From Squalus acanthias (Eukaryota): a DNA stretch of 64,000 nt. Positions 19,907 to 33,526 of this stretch are shown here, piece by piece; position 1 is the first letter of the stretch; each line of letters opens with the position of its first letter. The position numbers were made by a program, and so were the translations under genes. The notes under the pieces were generated by a model that worked only from the letters and a program-made list of their open reading frames with translations, made no database searches and was not told the origin of the DNA. The stretch spans positions 125,862,001-125,926,000 of the forward strand of contig CM059431.1 of the NCBI GenBank assembly GCA_030390025.1. The letters are read 5' to 3'.

Positions 19907-21537
19907 TGTAAGGGTTTTGTGTCTCAGACAGTGCTGGTGCGAGGTTAGGCCTTCGTTGCCTAATACTATTGCTTGCTCTGGTCTCCGGCCAGCCTTTTTG
20001 CAATAAGCACCTGTGAGTGGTTCGACCCACTCGCCCTTACGGTTCTAACGCTGGACTTAGGTGCAGGGAGCAGTAATGCAGAGAAAACTTAAATAGACCC
20101 GGTTGAATAGTACGAAATGGAAATCTTTATTGCATAGCGTCCAAAATCATGAAGTACATGTCATAGGCGCAAATTAACGAGAGTACAAGTATACATACAT
20201 TCATAAAGCTTGGTCTATGGTAATGAAGAACGCACGGCACATCATAAAAAGGGGAACACATTATACTTTAACCTTAATAACCACCCTCCCTTAACAATAC
20301 CTACACTACGTCTAGATTTGTAGGATCGGGGAACATGCTCACCACTCGTGCTACTTCGGAGAATTTTAAAGTGAGGCACTCGGCTCGTTTCGCTGCAGCG
20401 CCTGACTGTCACGTGTTTGGAAGGGTCTCTGTACCCCACTTGTTTATCTTCGCTGCTGCGACAAGCAGGCCAGACTCCCTGTTGTCATGAAGAAGTTGAT
20501 GGACCCAAACCGGATCGTGCAGTAACCCGTAGAATTCAAAAAAATGAGTTCTGTATTTATATTTTCGGGCGCGGTCGGGGTTTACTGACCGTGGCGGCAC
20601 GTGGATTCTTCTTCTTTTCTTGTCGTTTCGTCTTATCTCTTCGGGCCTTCGGGTCCAGACACCGTTTACCGACTCTCGGGATGGTGCACCCTGCTACTTG
20701 CCCTTGTCGGGGCGGCTCGTCCCGATTGAGCCCCACCCAACATTCGAATAACCGTCCAGTGCGGCTAAAGTCCAGAGTCAACAGAGTCCAGGAAAGCACA
20801 GAAGCTCACCAGTCAAGCGAGTCCATGGAGCGGCAAGCGAATAAGAGAGTGAAACCCTCAGCAGTCAGCAGCGAGATAAGAGAATAAGCGAGCGATGGAC
20901 ATTTGTTGTCTATAGTTATAGTGCTGTGTTCCCTTATCTCCCGCCCAAATCTTAATGTTTGTCCTTTGTGAAATTTTGGCGCTCAAAACTCCCAGCATGG
21001 GGTGATTCTTGTCTTTAACGGGTTTCGGTAGCACCTGAGACTGGTCAACTACCCGTTAATGTTTTCCCCATTGTTGGCCCAGCCAGGATCGTATGAATCG
21101 TCTCCCTGACTGGTTTTGGGGGCCCCCGAATACTTGTTTAATCACCCGAGAATGGCTGTCTCATTGTAGAGCCGTGGGGGTATTTGTGTATTGATGTGTC
21201 TGGATGGGCCTTCGATTGCCCAGTACAATGGTCCTTACTTGTGCATGGAAAACGATTCCAGCACTCATATCTTTTGCTATTGTCACAAATGCAAACAGGT
21301 TGCATCCTGTCTTTATCAGTGCTTATCGAGTATGATCCAGCCTTATATTGAAATGTTTATTCGAATGCCATCTTGTCTGCCCACTGTACTTCTGGAAGCT
21401 TCTGCCACGATGCGCGGCGGCCATTTTACAGGCTTCTGTGTCCTTTATATCATTACAGCATTTTGTTTAAATAAACTGATCAAACGAATCTGCTTCTCTT
21501 TCGTTATTTTGAATCGCGATAATAGCGAAACTTTACA
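19907..21537 (-). mobile_element. Solo LTR of the same ERV family (1631 bp)
   Basis: TGTA...TACA termini, 4-bp TSD CCTG (19903-19906 and 21538-21541), colinear with the provirus 2 LTRs. Confidence 0.95.
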
Positions 21538-22098
21538 CCTGTGAGGATGTTTGAATGGAGGAAGATGTTTTAACAGGAACAACAACAACAACAACTTGCA
21601 ATTATATATGCCCCGATGTTAACAGGGAGGCGGGTAGGGTGCGGGGGACCCCAGCCTCAATGGCAGAAGTGTTTTCACTTCTTTCTGCATTGTTGATCAG
21701 CCTGCATGTGAGAGAGTTGGGAGTCAGCACCAGTGCCAGCTCCCTGCAGTCGGTGCAAGTGATGTTGGTGTCTAGCTGGGTGAAAGGAAGACCCAAGAGT
21801 GTTAGGCTCCTATCTTGTAAATCTTGTAGGAGGGCTTGTAGGTCTTCATCAGAATTTTCTTCTGCCTGCTGCCTGGCATTGTGCCCACTGAACACATCTG
21901 CCACCTAAGTGGGCATGATGGTGCCAATCTGTGCAGATGGTGTGGGTGAGATATGCCGTAAAGTGATTTGGTGGGAATTGCTAGTGAAACTATTTGTTGG
22001 CTGCTTACCATGCTGTCGGACAGTGTACCACTGCTGCCGCATGGCTGCAGAGTGCTTTTAAAGAGTTAGACCATTTTTGTGCAGAGGTTGCCTGGGGG

Positions 22099-22099
<1 letters not shown>

Positions 22100-22133
<34 letters not shown>

Positions 22134-22151
22134 TGTGTGTGTTTGTGTGTT

Positions 22152-22245
<94 letters not shown>

Positions 22246-22301
22246 TGTGTTTGTGGGTGTGTGTGTTTGTGTGTTGTGGTGTGTGTGTTTGTGTTTGTGT
22301 G

Positions 22302-22336
<35 letters not shown>

Positions 22337-22337
22337 G
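22100..22337. repeat. Imperfect (GT)n microsatellite
   Basis: About 240 bp of GT with GTTT interruptions. Confidence 0.98.
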
Positions 22338-22759
22338 AGCAACTTACACAATTTCTACTCTCAAATTGCACCAGACCTGCACCAAAAATATTCCAATGAA
22401 CTTGGCTGAGGGAGCATTTCCAAGGTGTCATTCAACTTAACAGGCATGTGTCAGAAACTATGATTGCCACATGTCAGTTAGCTTAATGAAGGCCAGATGC
22501 TATACTTCTTTTCACTAGTGTGCAGTTCGCTATTCGGAGTCTCTGGTTCTGACCCTGATTGTTCCAGGGTATTTTCCTGCTCGTTAGTCCTTCTGTTGCA
22601 ACTCAAAACAAATCATAGCCCATAACCTTGAGAGGTCTGATTGAGAACCAGCCAAACAGGCTCCATATCTATTGACTTTCTAGAAACAGCAAGTTGCACA
22701 TACACTCTTGCCTGAGTTTCACTTTTGCAGAATTCAAGGCTTAACCCTTTTACACCACA

Positions 22760-24580
22760 GACTTCTTACAGAAACTCAGCACCCATGGACCAGTTGAACC
22801 AGGAACACTCCTCGCCACGATGGACGTATCGGCACTCTACACCAGTATCCCCCACGATGACGGCATCGCTGCGACAGCCTCAGTACACAACACCAACAAC
22901 AGCCAATCTCCAGACGCCATCCTACAACTCATCCGCTTCATCCTTGACCACAATGTCTTCACCTTCGACAACCAGTTTTTTACCCAAACACACGGAACAG
23001 CCATGGGGACCAAATTCGCACCCGAATACGCCAACATCTTCATGCACAAGTTCGAGCAAGACTTCTTCGCTGCACAGGACCTCCAACCAACGCTGTACAC
23101 CAGATGTATCGACGACATTTTCTTCCTTTGGACCCACGGCAAAGGATCACTGAAAAGACTACACGATAACATCAACAAGTTCCATCCCACCATCAAACTC
23201 ACCATGGACTACTCCTCAGAATCGGTTTCATTCCTGGACACACGAATCTCCATCAAAGACGGACACCTCAGCACTTCACTCTATCGCAAGCCCACGGACA
23301 ACCTCATGATGCTCCACTTCTCCAGCTTCCACCCTAACCACGTTAAAGAAGCCATCCCCTATGGACAAGCCCTGCGAATACACAGGATCTGCTCAGACGA
23401 GGAGGAACACGATGGACACCTACGGACGCTGAAAGACGCCCTCGTAAGAACTGGATATGACGCTCGACTCATCGATCGACAGTTCCGACGGGCCACAGCG
23501 AAAAATCGCATAGACCTCCTCAGAAGGCGAACATGGGACACAACCAACAGGGTACCCTACGTCGTCCAGTACTTCCCTGGAACAGAGAAACTACACCATG
23601 TTCTTCGCAGCCTTCAACATGTCATCGATGACGACGAACACCTCGCTAAGGCCATCCCCATGCCTCCACTACTCGCCTTCAAACAGCCGCCTAACCTCAA
23701 AAGTACCATCGTTCGCAGCAAATTACCCAGCTTTCAGGATAGCAGCGACCACGACACCACACAACCCTGCCACGGCAAACTCTGCAAGACATGCCATCAT
23801 CACACGTGAGGACACTACCCACCAGGTACATGGTACATACTCATGTGACTCGGCCAACGTTGTCTACCTCATACGTTGCAGGAAAGGATGCACCGGAGCA
23901 TGGTACATCGGCGAGACCATGCAGACACTGAGACAACGTATGAACGGACACCACGCAACAATCGCCAGGCAGGATTGTTACCTCCCAGTCGGGGAACACT
24001 TCAGCAGTCAAGGACATTCAGCCTCGGATCTGCGGGTAAGCGTTCTCCAAGGCAGCCTTCGAGACACACGACAACGCAAAATCATCGAGCAGAAACTGAT
24101 AGCCAAGTTCTGCACCCATGAGGATGGCCTCAACCGAGATCTTGGGTTATGTCACGCTACACGACGTAGAGTCAGCCAGACTCGAGTCGTCGTTGGCTTG
24201 TTCACAGATGTGATTTCCAGTAAAAAAAAAGTAAAAGTAAAAATTTTAAAGTTTATGGTTTTCCATACAGACTGCATTTGACACATTAGATCCCCTGTGA
24301 CCCCACCTCATTGTCTCAGTTGTATCTTGCTATGTCTTTGATGTGGTGCCTTCCTGGCTGACCTGATTGTTTCTCTGCCGAGGTGTGATGAAAGGCAGTC
24401 AGATAGATTAACTGTAGTCGTCTGAGATTGTACGCTACACAGGCATTGTTCTCTGTCTATATATGCTTTGCCGATTCGTATTCCTTCACTTCACCTGACG
24501 AAGGGGCAGCAGCTCCGAAAGCTTGTGATTTCAAATAAAACTGTTGGACTATAACCTGGTGTTGTGCGACTTCTCACTTT
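22760..24580 (+). mobile_element. Penelope-like retroelement, 5'-truncated (RT + GIY-YIG)
   Basis: MDVSALYTSIPH...GTAMG...IDDIF...VSFLD...LYRKPTD RT (22820-23809), then frameshifted NVVYLIRC...YIGET GIY-YIG (~23810-24150) and a pLTR-type tail at 24480-24580. Confidence 0.92.
24491..24528 (+). ncRNA. Minimal type I hammerhead ribozyme-like motif in the Penelope tail
   Basis: TCAC-CTGACGA-A-GGGGC-AGCA-GCTCC-GAAA-GC-TT-GTGA: core boxes, stem I TCAC/GTGA, stem II and palindromic AAGCTT in place of stem III. Confidence 0.6.
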
Positions 24581-24709
24581 TACAGAATGTATGGGGTGAG
24601 CTTTACAATAGCCAGCTTTTCTACAAACTGTTCTTGAGCCACCCCAAGCATGTCATTCCTCTCCACCGTGGTTGACAGGGCCCTCTTAAGAACATAATAA
24701 TTAGAAGCA

Positions 24710-25580
24710 GATCTCACCAAAGCCCTATATAATTGTAGTAAGACTACCTTACTCTTGTATTCCAAAGCCCTTGCAATAAAGGCCAACATGCTATTTGCCT
24801 TCCTAATTGCTTGCTATACATGTATGCTAACATGCTATACCTGTATGAATACAAAATTCTTACAGGGCTTGACAGGGTAGATGCAGGAGGATGTTTCCCC
24901 TGGGTGGGGAGTCTAGAACCAGGGATCACAGACTCAGAATATTGGGTCGGCCATTTAGGACTGAGGAGAAATTTCTTCACTCAGAGGGTGGTGAATCTTT
25001 GGAATTCTCTACCCCAGAGGGCTGTGGAGGCTCAGTTGTTGAGTATATTCAAGACAGAGATCAATAGATTTTTGGATATTAAGGGAATCAAGGGACATGG
25101 GGATAGTGCAGGAAAGTGGCGTTGAGGTAGAAGATCAGCCATGATCTTATTGAATGGCGGAGCAGGCTCGAAGGACCAAATGGCCTACTCCTGCTCCTAT
25201 TTCTTATATTCTTATGTTCTGTACAAGGACATCTAAATCTCTCTGAACACCAACATTTAATAGTTCTCACCATTCAAAACATATTCTGTTTTTCTAGTCT
25301 TCCTACCAAAGTGAATAACCTCACATTTCCCTACATTATACTCCATGTGCCACTCACTTAACCTGTCTATATGACTTTGCAGGCTCTTTGTGTCCTCCTC
25401 ACAGCTTACTTTCCCACCTAGCTTTGTATCGTAAGCAAACTTGGATACATTGCACTCGGTCCTTTCATCTAAGTCATTAATATAGATTGTAAATAGCTGA
25501 GGCCCAAGCACTGATCCTTGCGGCACCCCACTAGTTAGATCCTGCCAACCGTAAAATTACCCATTTATTCCTACTCTCCC
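24710..25580. mobile_element. Cluster of CR1 fragments in both orientations
   Basis: 24710-24820 (-) MLAFIAR..LYRALVR; 24845-25220 (+) 3' end with TTCTTATG tail; 25220-25580 (-) PQGSVLGP...FAYDTKL. Confidence 0.85.
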
Positions 25581-26625
25581 TTGACCATGTCTGTTCCATT
25601 TCCCGCACTTCTGCTCTCACCCCTTCACCTCCCTCCTAGAACCATGATAGGGTTCTCCTGGTGCACAAATTCCACCCCCCAGCCTTCACATTCAACAGAT
25701 CATTCTCCGCCATTTCCGCCACCTCCAACGTAATCCCACTACCAAATAAATCTTCCCCTCCCCTCCCCTTTCAGCATTCCGAAGGGACTGTTCCCTCCGC
25801 GATAGGCTGGCCCACTCCTCAATCATCCCTAACATTCACTCCCCTTCCCATGGCACCTTCCCGTGCAAGCGCAGGAAATGCAACACCTGCCCTTTTACCT
25901 CCTCCCTTCACACCATGTAGGGCCCCAAACACTCCTTCCAGGTGAAACAGCGATTTACTTGTAATTCTTTCAATTTAGTATACTCTATTCACTGCTCACG
26001 ATGTGGTCTCCTCTACATTGAGGAGACCAAACGCAGATTGGGTGACTACTTTGTGGAACACCTCTATTCAGTCCGTAAGGGTGACCCCGAGCCTCCGGTC
26101 GCCTGTCACTTTAATTCTCTCCTCCACTCCCACTCTGACCTCTCTGTCCTCGGCCTCATATACTGTTCCAATGAATCTCAATGTAAGCTCGAAGAACAGC
26201 ACCTCATCATTCAATTAGGCACTTCACAGCCTTCCGGACTCAACATTGAGTTCAACAATTTCAGATCATAACCTCTGCCACCACTTTTTCAGATGGTAGC
26301 TGTTGATTTTGCTATTGCCATTTACACCTCTTCTATACTCATCTTTTGTTTCTTTACTTGTTCCATTCTCATCTCCTTTTGCCTTGCACCATCATCCTTT
26401 TGTCATTTAATCTCTCCTGCCTTCCACCCTATCACAGAGCTTCCCTTTTGTTCTTTCCTCCCATCCCTGCTTTCCCTGCCTCTGCACTTGCTTAAAACAT
26501 GTTATATCTCTAACTATTTCCAGTTCTGCCGAAACGTCATCGACCTGAAAGGTTAACTCTGTTTCTCTTTCTACAGATGCTGCCTGACCTGCTGAGTATT
26601 TCCAGCATTTTCTGTTTTTATTCCA
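25580..26625 (+). mobile_element. Second Penelope-like fragment (GIY-YIG end and tail)
   Basis: FTCNSFNLVYSIHCSRCGLLYIEETKRRL...QPSGLNIEF, followed by the GATGCTGCCTGACCTGCTGAGTATTTCCAGC tail. Confidence 0.85.
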
Positions 26626-27768
26626 AGGTTGTCATTCATGGAGGCATAGCCTCATGATACTCGTTGATCCGTGTGACCATAGAATTGTGGGTATCAATGT
26701 GGTATCAGAATCTCTCATGGTTACATATAACCATTTTCCAATTGAACTTAAGTTGGTCATGGCTGCACCTTGGAGTAGAGACTTCAAAGCCCCCATAGCA
26801 ATAATAAAACAATCAGAAGAGATGTTGGCACTGTGTCTATGGCATATATAACTGAGATACCCACTACAGATGCAAAATGCCATTGACAGACTGCAATGCA
26901 AACAGCTAATGTTCCCTGACATCACTCATGTGTTGGATTCCCCACATTAGCTCAACCATTCCAATAGGATGTACGTGGGGGTAATTGACTATGCAACATG
27001 GTCCTGCTGCTCTCACAGTTACTGTTGGAAATCAAGCCAACCATGGCTCAGAAGAGCGCTCAGTATGCTGGAACTCTTCCCTGCACCAGCTGGCCCCTCA
27101 TCAACCACAACTATTGTTATCTATTTATCACTCATGCCTCATCCCATGCTTTTTCCTCAATATCACCATGATCTTGTACTGCAGCAGTACTTACTTCAAA
27201 TAAAAGTGGTGATGTTTATTACTCAGGTGAGCAATGCACTTCCAGTGTGTCTAGCCAACAACTGAGTTCTTCATGCTTTAATGGTCGGGGCATGTTGAGG
27301 AAACATATCATGCAAATCATGGAATATTGATTAACATGGCACATACCAGTAGTTCCCATTCAATCTCCATAGCCCAAATGCCTTTTGACTCTCATAAGAA
27401 CATAAGAAATAGGAGCAGGAGTAGGCCAGTCGGCCCCTAGAGCCTGCTCCACCATTCAATAAGATCATGGCTGACCTGATCTTGGCCTCAACTCCACCTT
27501 TCTGCCTGTTCCCCATAACCCTCGACTCCCCTGTAGTTCAAAAATCTGTCTACCTCAGCCTTGAATATATTCAATGACTCAGCCTCCACAGCTCTCTGGG
27601 GTAGAGAATTCCAAAGATTCACGACCCTCTGAGAGAAGAAGTTCCTCCTCATCTCCGTCTTAAATGAGCGACCCGTTATTCTGAAACTATGACCCCTTGT
27701 TCTAGATTCTCCCACGAGGGGAAACATCCTCTCAGCATCTACCCTGTCAAGCCCTCTCAAAAACTTAT

Positions 27769-28521
27769 GGGGGAAAAATTGATTCGCGCCCCCTTCGTGG
27801 CGCTAACTTCGCTACTTTTAGCGCGCCGAAAAAATTAGCACCCCCGCCGCCGAAATTCATCGGTAGCGCCCCAAGAGGGAAGTGGGGTGCTACTGGAAGC
27901 ACTCCCACTCCCTCTTGGGGCGCTGCGAGTAAATATCGTGGCGCTATGTGCCGCTGCGCCACGCTCTGTGGCACGTCGCGCTGTGGCACTGCAGGCCTTC
28001 CTCCCCTTCTTAAAGGGGAGGGGCCTAGCGCAGCACAACCTGGGGCCCAGCTGGGCCACCAGGGATCGGTACGCCGGCAAAAGAGCCCGGCACTCAAGAG
28101 AAGTGCCGGGCTCACGGTGTGCAGCCGGCATTCCGCGGGGTGGGGGGGGGGCTTCAGAGGAGGCTGGGGACGGCAGAGCGGGGAGGTGCTGGCAGGCGGC
28201 CAGCAACAAAAATGGCCGCCCGGCACCTCTCCTTTAATTTGCGCCGCCCCGGCCGCAGGTAGGCCACCCTAACCACGTCGGACATAGCGTCCGGCGGTAA
28301 GTCAGGGGACTCTACCGAAGATCGCACCGGGGCGCGAGCGGGGCGCTGCGCATGGCAATGACATCATCGCCAGTGGCGCAGCGCCGCGGGGCGCTAACAG
28401 TTACCGCCGCCGCTAACCTCCTGCTGAATTTCACGGGAGGCATTGGCGGCGCCACGCCGCGCCCCGTTAGCGCTCTCTTAGGGCATTAACGGGAGGCGCA
28501 AAGCAACCGAATTTTTAGGCC
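27769..28521. mobile_element. Harbinger-type MITE (753 bp)
   Basis: Ends GGGGGAAAAATT / AATTTTTAGGCC, 3-bp TSD TAT, GC-rich and non-coding; removing it restores the CR1 sequence. Confidence 0.85.
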
Positions 28522-30341
28522 TATATGTTGCAATAAGATCACCGCTCATTCTTCTAAACTCCAGAGTGTATAGGTCCAACCTGCTTAACCTTTCCTCATA
28601 AGACAACCCCTTCATCAGGAATCAACCTAGAGAACCTTCTCTGAACTGCCTCCAATGCAAGTATATCCCTCCTTAAATAAGGAGACCAAAACTGTACACA
28701 GTACTCTAGGTGTGGTTTCACCAACGCCCTTTACAGTTGTAGCAAGACCTCCTTACTTTTATGCTCCATCCTCCTTGCAATAATGGCCAAAATTCCATTT
28801 GCCTTCCTAATTACTTGCTGTACCTGCGTGCTAACTTTTTGTGTTTCATGTACGAGGACTCCCAGATCCTCTGTACTGCAGCATGCTGTAGTCTCTCTCC
28901 ATTTAAATAATATTTTGCTTATCTATTCTTCCTACCAAAGTGGATAACCTCACATTTTCCTACATTATACTCCATCTGCCAAATTTTTGCCCACTCACTT
29001 AATGTATCTATATCCCTTTGCAGACTCTTTGGGCTCGATTTTGCCAGGCCCGAGGAGGCGGGATTGGAGGCGTGTGAGGTGGTAAAATCGCACAAAATGG
29101 CGGGCGACCCGATCCCGCCTCCATCCCGCCTCCATCCCGCCTCCGAGCAATTTTCCCAAATGCGTGTTTTCTGACCCCGTTTCCATCCCGCCTGCAAGAG
29201 GCCTGATAGTCCCTTAAGGCGCTTAACAACCAGTTAAGTGCGTCTATAATCCCATTTTGAGAGGCCTTTCTGATTTTACCACTTTTCCCACATTCTGCAC
29301 GTCTCCTCTGGAACATGCCAGTGAATTCTGTCGGCCTCACAAGTGGACTGCTTACTAACAGCTGCAGCTCCACCATTAAAAAGGAGTTTTCAGCAATCAT
29401 CATTTGCAGGTGGCAGAACTCTGGTGGGGCTCTGACCGAGGGCTTTGCAGTGGCATGGTCGTGTGAGCGCTTGGAGAGGAGCCCCCACTTCTTTGTTGTT
29501 TGCCACCAACATACCTCTCATGGGTCAGGCCCACTTCAGAGCTAGCAAGTGGCTGGACAGCACCTTGCTGCACTGCAGGGGGGCCATGAGGACCCATTTC
29601 TGCACTGGAAGTCCTACTCCAGAGGACTTGCATGAAGGTCTGGTTTGTTTGCTCAATTGGTGACCATCGCTCTTCAAGAGATGTCATTCTATTCTGAACA
29701 ATTACCATGTTGTCTCAGGTCTGGGGGAACGTTTAGCAGGCATAGCCATTGTTGTGGAAGTTTGGAGCCTGATACCCATCTCCAGTGTGACCTCCTGGGA
29801 AACCCCTCTCGCCACCTTGACTGAGCGCTTCCTCAACTGAGGCATATACCAGAAGCATGGGAACCATTTATTTCCTTTCCTCCTGGACATCAGATTCAGA
29901 CGAAGACCAGCCGTGGCAGCAGCAGAACCATGAACAACAGCACCACCAACAGCAGCAGCAACAACAGGAGCGCCAAGCTGCTGCTCACCCACCTGAAGCT
30001 GCACAGGCCAGAAGGCGCCAGCGCGCGACCACATTGCTGCCCGGGATGCAAGGGACGCACTCATCTTGGCCAGATTTGCTTAGCCTGCACAATCAAACAC
30101 TTTTGCCTTGCACCTTCTTATCAGACCATCGACAATGGCCAAGAACCTGTGGATTCCTATCACTCTGACCACCATACTGACAATTGCAAGTCGCCCTAAG
30201 CCCTCAATGTGGAAGTCCCATTAGCGAAATGACACATGCCACAACTGCAAAAGTTTGCCATCAGAATTTTTTACAGCAATAAGCAACTGATGGCTTTTCA
30301 AAATTAAACACAACATTACACTCAAGTGACTACCCTTGTGA

Positions 30342-33300
30342 CTACTTGTGCATTATCTTCCTCTTACGCGTGCTCCTATGTGTTGCTTCCCCTGTGGCTT
30401 CAGCAGATGTGGAGGCCCCTTGCTCACTTTCTTGCTGCTCCTGTCTCGACACCTTTGGCGGCCGTCCTCTGGGGTTGCGAACCTGTGAGGGCTCGGCAAC
30501 AGTCTGCTGCTCCTGTGGCTGTGCAGGGGCTGAGACGCCGATCTCAGTTGGGTGGGGACTCTGGTGGGGCTCTGACCGAGGGCTTTGCAGTGGCATGGTC
30601 GTGTGAGCGCTTGGAGAGGAGCCCCCACTTCTTTGTTGTTTGCCACCAACATACCTCTCATGGGTCAGGCCCACTTCAGAGCTAGCAAGTGGCTGGACAG
30701 CACCTTGCTGCACTGCAGGGGGGCCATGAGGACCCATTTCTGCACTGGAAGTCCTACTCCAGAGGACTTGCATGAAGGTCTGGTTTGTTTGCTCAATTGG
30801 TGACCATCGCTCTTCAAGAGATGTCATTCTATTCTGAACAATTACCATGTTTTCCATACCCTGGCGACTAAGCTCCTCCATGGACGTAGCCATCCTCTCC
30901 TCTACTGTAGCCAGCCTTACCATGGAGGTAGCCATCCTTTCCAAGGTGGTTGCCATCCTTTCCTTGGTGATGCGTTCATGTGCCAACACCTCCACAAAGG
31001 CTCTGCTCATGTTAGCGATTAACTCCTCCATTCGCTCCACACTTGCAGCTACCCTGGAGACAAAACCTGCCAGAGACTCCTGCACCTGTTCCTGGAGTTC
31101 CAGCACCGCTCTCCTTCTACATAGAAACATAGAAACATAGAAAATAGGTACAGGAGTAGACCATTCGGTCCTTCGAGCCTGCACCGCCATTCAATGCGTT
31201 CATGGCTGAACATGCTACCTCAGTACCCCATTCCTGCTTTCTCGCCATACCCCTTGATCCCCCTAGTTGTGAGTGTTATATCTAACTCCCTTTTGAATAT
31301 ATTTAGCGAACTGGCCTCAACAACCTTCTGTGGAAGAGAATTCCATAGATTCACCACTCTCTGGGTGAAGAAGTTCCTCCTCAGCTCAGTCTTAAATGGC
31401 TTCCCCTTAATCCTTAGACTGTGACCCCTGGTTCTAGTTTTCCCTAACATTGGGAACATTCTGCCCGCATCTAATTTGTCTAAACCAGTCAGGATTTTAA
31501 ATGTCTCTATAAGATCCCCCCTCATTCTTCTGAACTCCAGAGGATACAAGTTCAGTTGACCCAATCTTTCTTGATATGTCAGACCGGCCATCCCAGGAAT
31601 CAATCTAGTGAACCTTCGCTGCACTCCCTCAATAGCAAGAATGTCCTTCCTTAAGTTAGGAGACCAAAACTGCGCACAATACTCCAGGTGTGGCCTCACC
31701 AAGGCCCTGTACAACTGCAGCATCACCTCCCTACTCCTGTACTCAAATCCCCTTACTATGAAGGCCATCATTCCGTTTGCTTTCTTGACTGCCTGCTGCA
31801 CTTGCATTCCCACCTTCAGTGACTGATGTACCATGACGCCCAGGTCTCGTTGCACCTCCCCTTTCCCTAATCTGCCACCATTCAGGTAATAGTCCGCCTC
31901 TCTATTTTTACCACCAAAGTGGATAACCTCACATTTATCCACATTGTACTTCATCTGCCATACATTTGCCCATTCACCCAACCTGTCCAAGTCACTCTGT
32001 AGCCTCCTAGCATCCTCCTCATTGATCACACTGCCTCCCAATTTAGTGTCATCCGCAAATTTGGAGATATTACATTTAATCCCTTCGTCCAAATCATTAA
32101 TATATAATGTAAACAGCTGGGGTCCCAGCACCGAACCCTGCGGTACCCCGCTGGTCACTGCCTGCCATTCTGAAAAGTACCCATTTACTCCTACTCTTTG
32201 TTTCCTGTGTGCCAACCAGTTCTCAATCCACGTCAACACATTACCCCCAATCCCATGTGCTTTAACTTTGCTCACCAATCTCCTGTGTGGGACCTTATCG
32301 AAGGCCTTCTGAAAGTCCAAATACACCACATCTACTGGTTGGATGGACCCGGAGGCACAGGGTCGACATGCAGCGGAGCCGAGCTGGGAGCGTCCTCTCC
32401 ACTGCGACGAGGACTCTCCACTGCTGTCCCTGTCTCCACCATCTGCTGATACTCACTTGTGAGCTGTGATACACCAGGCGACAACTCTACTCTATGTCGC
32501 GAAGGTCCCACCGAGGTGTGAGTGTCAGCGCTGGTGCAGGGTGCGCTTAATTCTGATGACGCTGCGCCCTCAGAGGTTGCAGCTTCCTCTGAGGATTCTT
32601 GAATCTCAGGCTGTTCCTTCTGGACAGTGAGGATGGGGGCTCTCGATGGTCCTGTGGGGGAGTAAAGGAAAGAGTTAGAGATGTGAGGTAAAGGTTGCAT
32701 GCACATTGAATTGTGCAGATGATCATAAGTCAATCTGTTAGAGCATCAGAATCATTATCAGTCACTCATGCAATGCCAATGAGAGAGATGCCAAACTATT
32801 CTGTCACCAGCTTGCTGTGATGCGCCCGTCTGTCCGTCCCCCACTTGGGAATCCTCCTCGATACCGGCAATTTCCAGGGCCGTCTCCTCTGAGGTGGTGA
32901 GCTGGGCTACTGAGGGTGGCCCTCCTCCTGTCCTCACTCTTTCCCTCTTATTGTGGGCTCTCTTTTCCTGCGATGAGGGACACAAGTGGAGTTTGAGTGA
33001 GAATGAAGGAGTGAATGTAGAGAATCCATAGCATAGATGCTTAGAAGGAGACAAAGAGCCCTCCCTGTGTGTTGTAAGTTGTTGCCATTGTGTCACAGTG
33101 ATAGGGAGTGTGAAGGCTGCATGGTCAAAAAGTTAAGTGAATGTGACCATAGAGAGAGAGGGAGTGGGTAAGGGTGCAGGGATGTCAGTGTCAAGTGGGA
33201 TGTGGAGGAAGAGGTTGGCAAAGCAGAGTGCTGGTGAGGAGAGGCGATGGGGATGAGATTGAGGGTGATGAGAAAGTCATACTTACTTTTCCTGTGCGGA

Positions 33301-33526
33301 GAAGGTCATGAAACCTCTTCCTGCACTGCAGCCAGGTTCTGCGGCACATAGAGATGGCATTGACCTCCTGGGCCACTTGCAGCCACACAGCTTTAGTCTG
33401 TTGTGATGGCTTTTTTCTCCCTGAGGAAGGGAAGAGCACCTCCTTATTAGATCTTGCTCCCTGCACCAGAGCTTGGAGGGAGGGCTAATCAAAGCGAGGT
33501 GCACACTTTTGCTTGCTGGTGGACAT
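30342..33526 (-). pseudogene. 3-exon Harbinger MYB/SANT gene, disrupted
   Basis: Exons ~33526-33287, 32967-32808 and 32651-30342 with GT/AG sites; WLQVAQEVNA...RTWLQCRKRFHDL; TAG at codon 14 and a CR1 insertion in exon 3. Confidence 0.8.
31120..32340 (-). mobile_element. Young 5'-truncated CR1 LINE with an open RT C-terminal ORF (31220-32329)
   Basis: 369-aa uninterrupted [23 protein letters not shown] and (TTTCTATG)n tail. Confidence 0.95.

Noticed and set aside
21994..22431. Cys/Val- and Thr/His-rich ORFs of ~100-120 aa
   Set aside because: Translation artefacts of the (GT)n microsatellite.
26520..26560. Second hammerhead in the other Penelope tail
   Set aside because: Core reads CTGCCGA instead of CTGANGA and stem II/III are degenerate.
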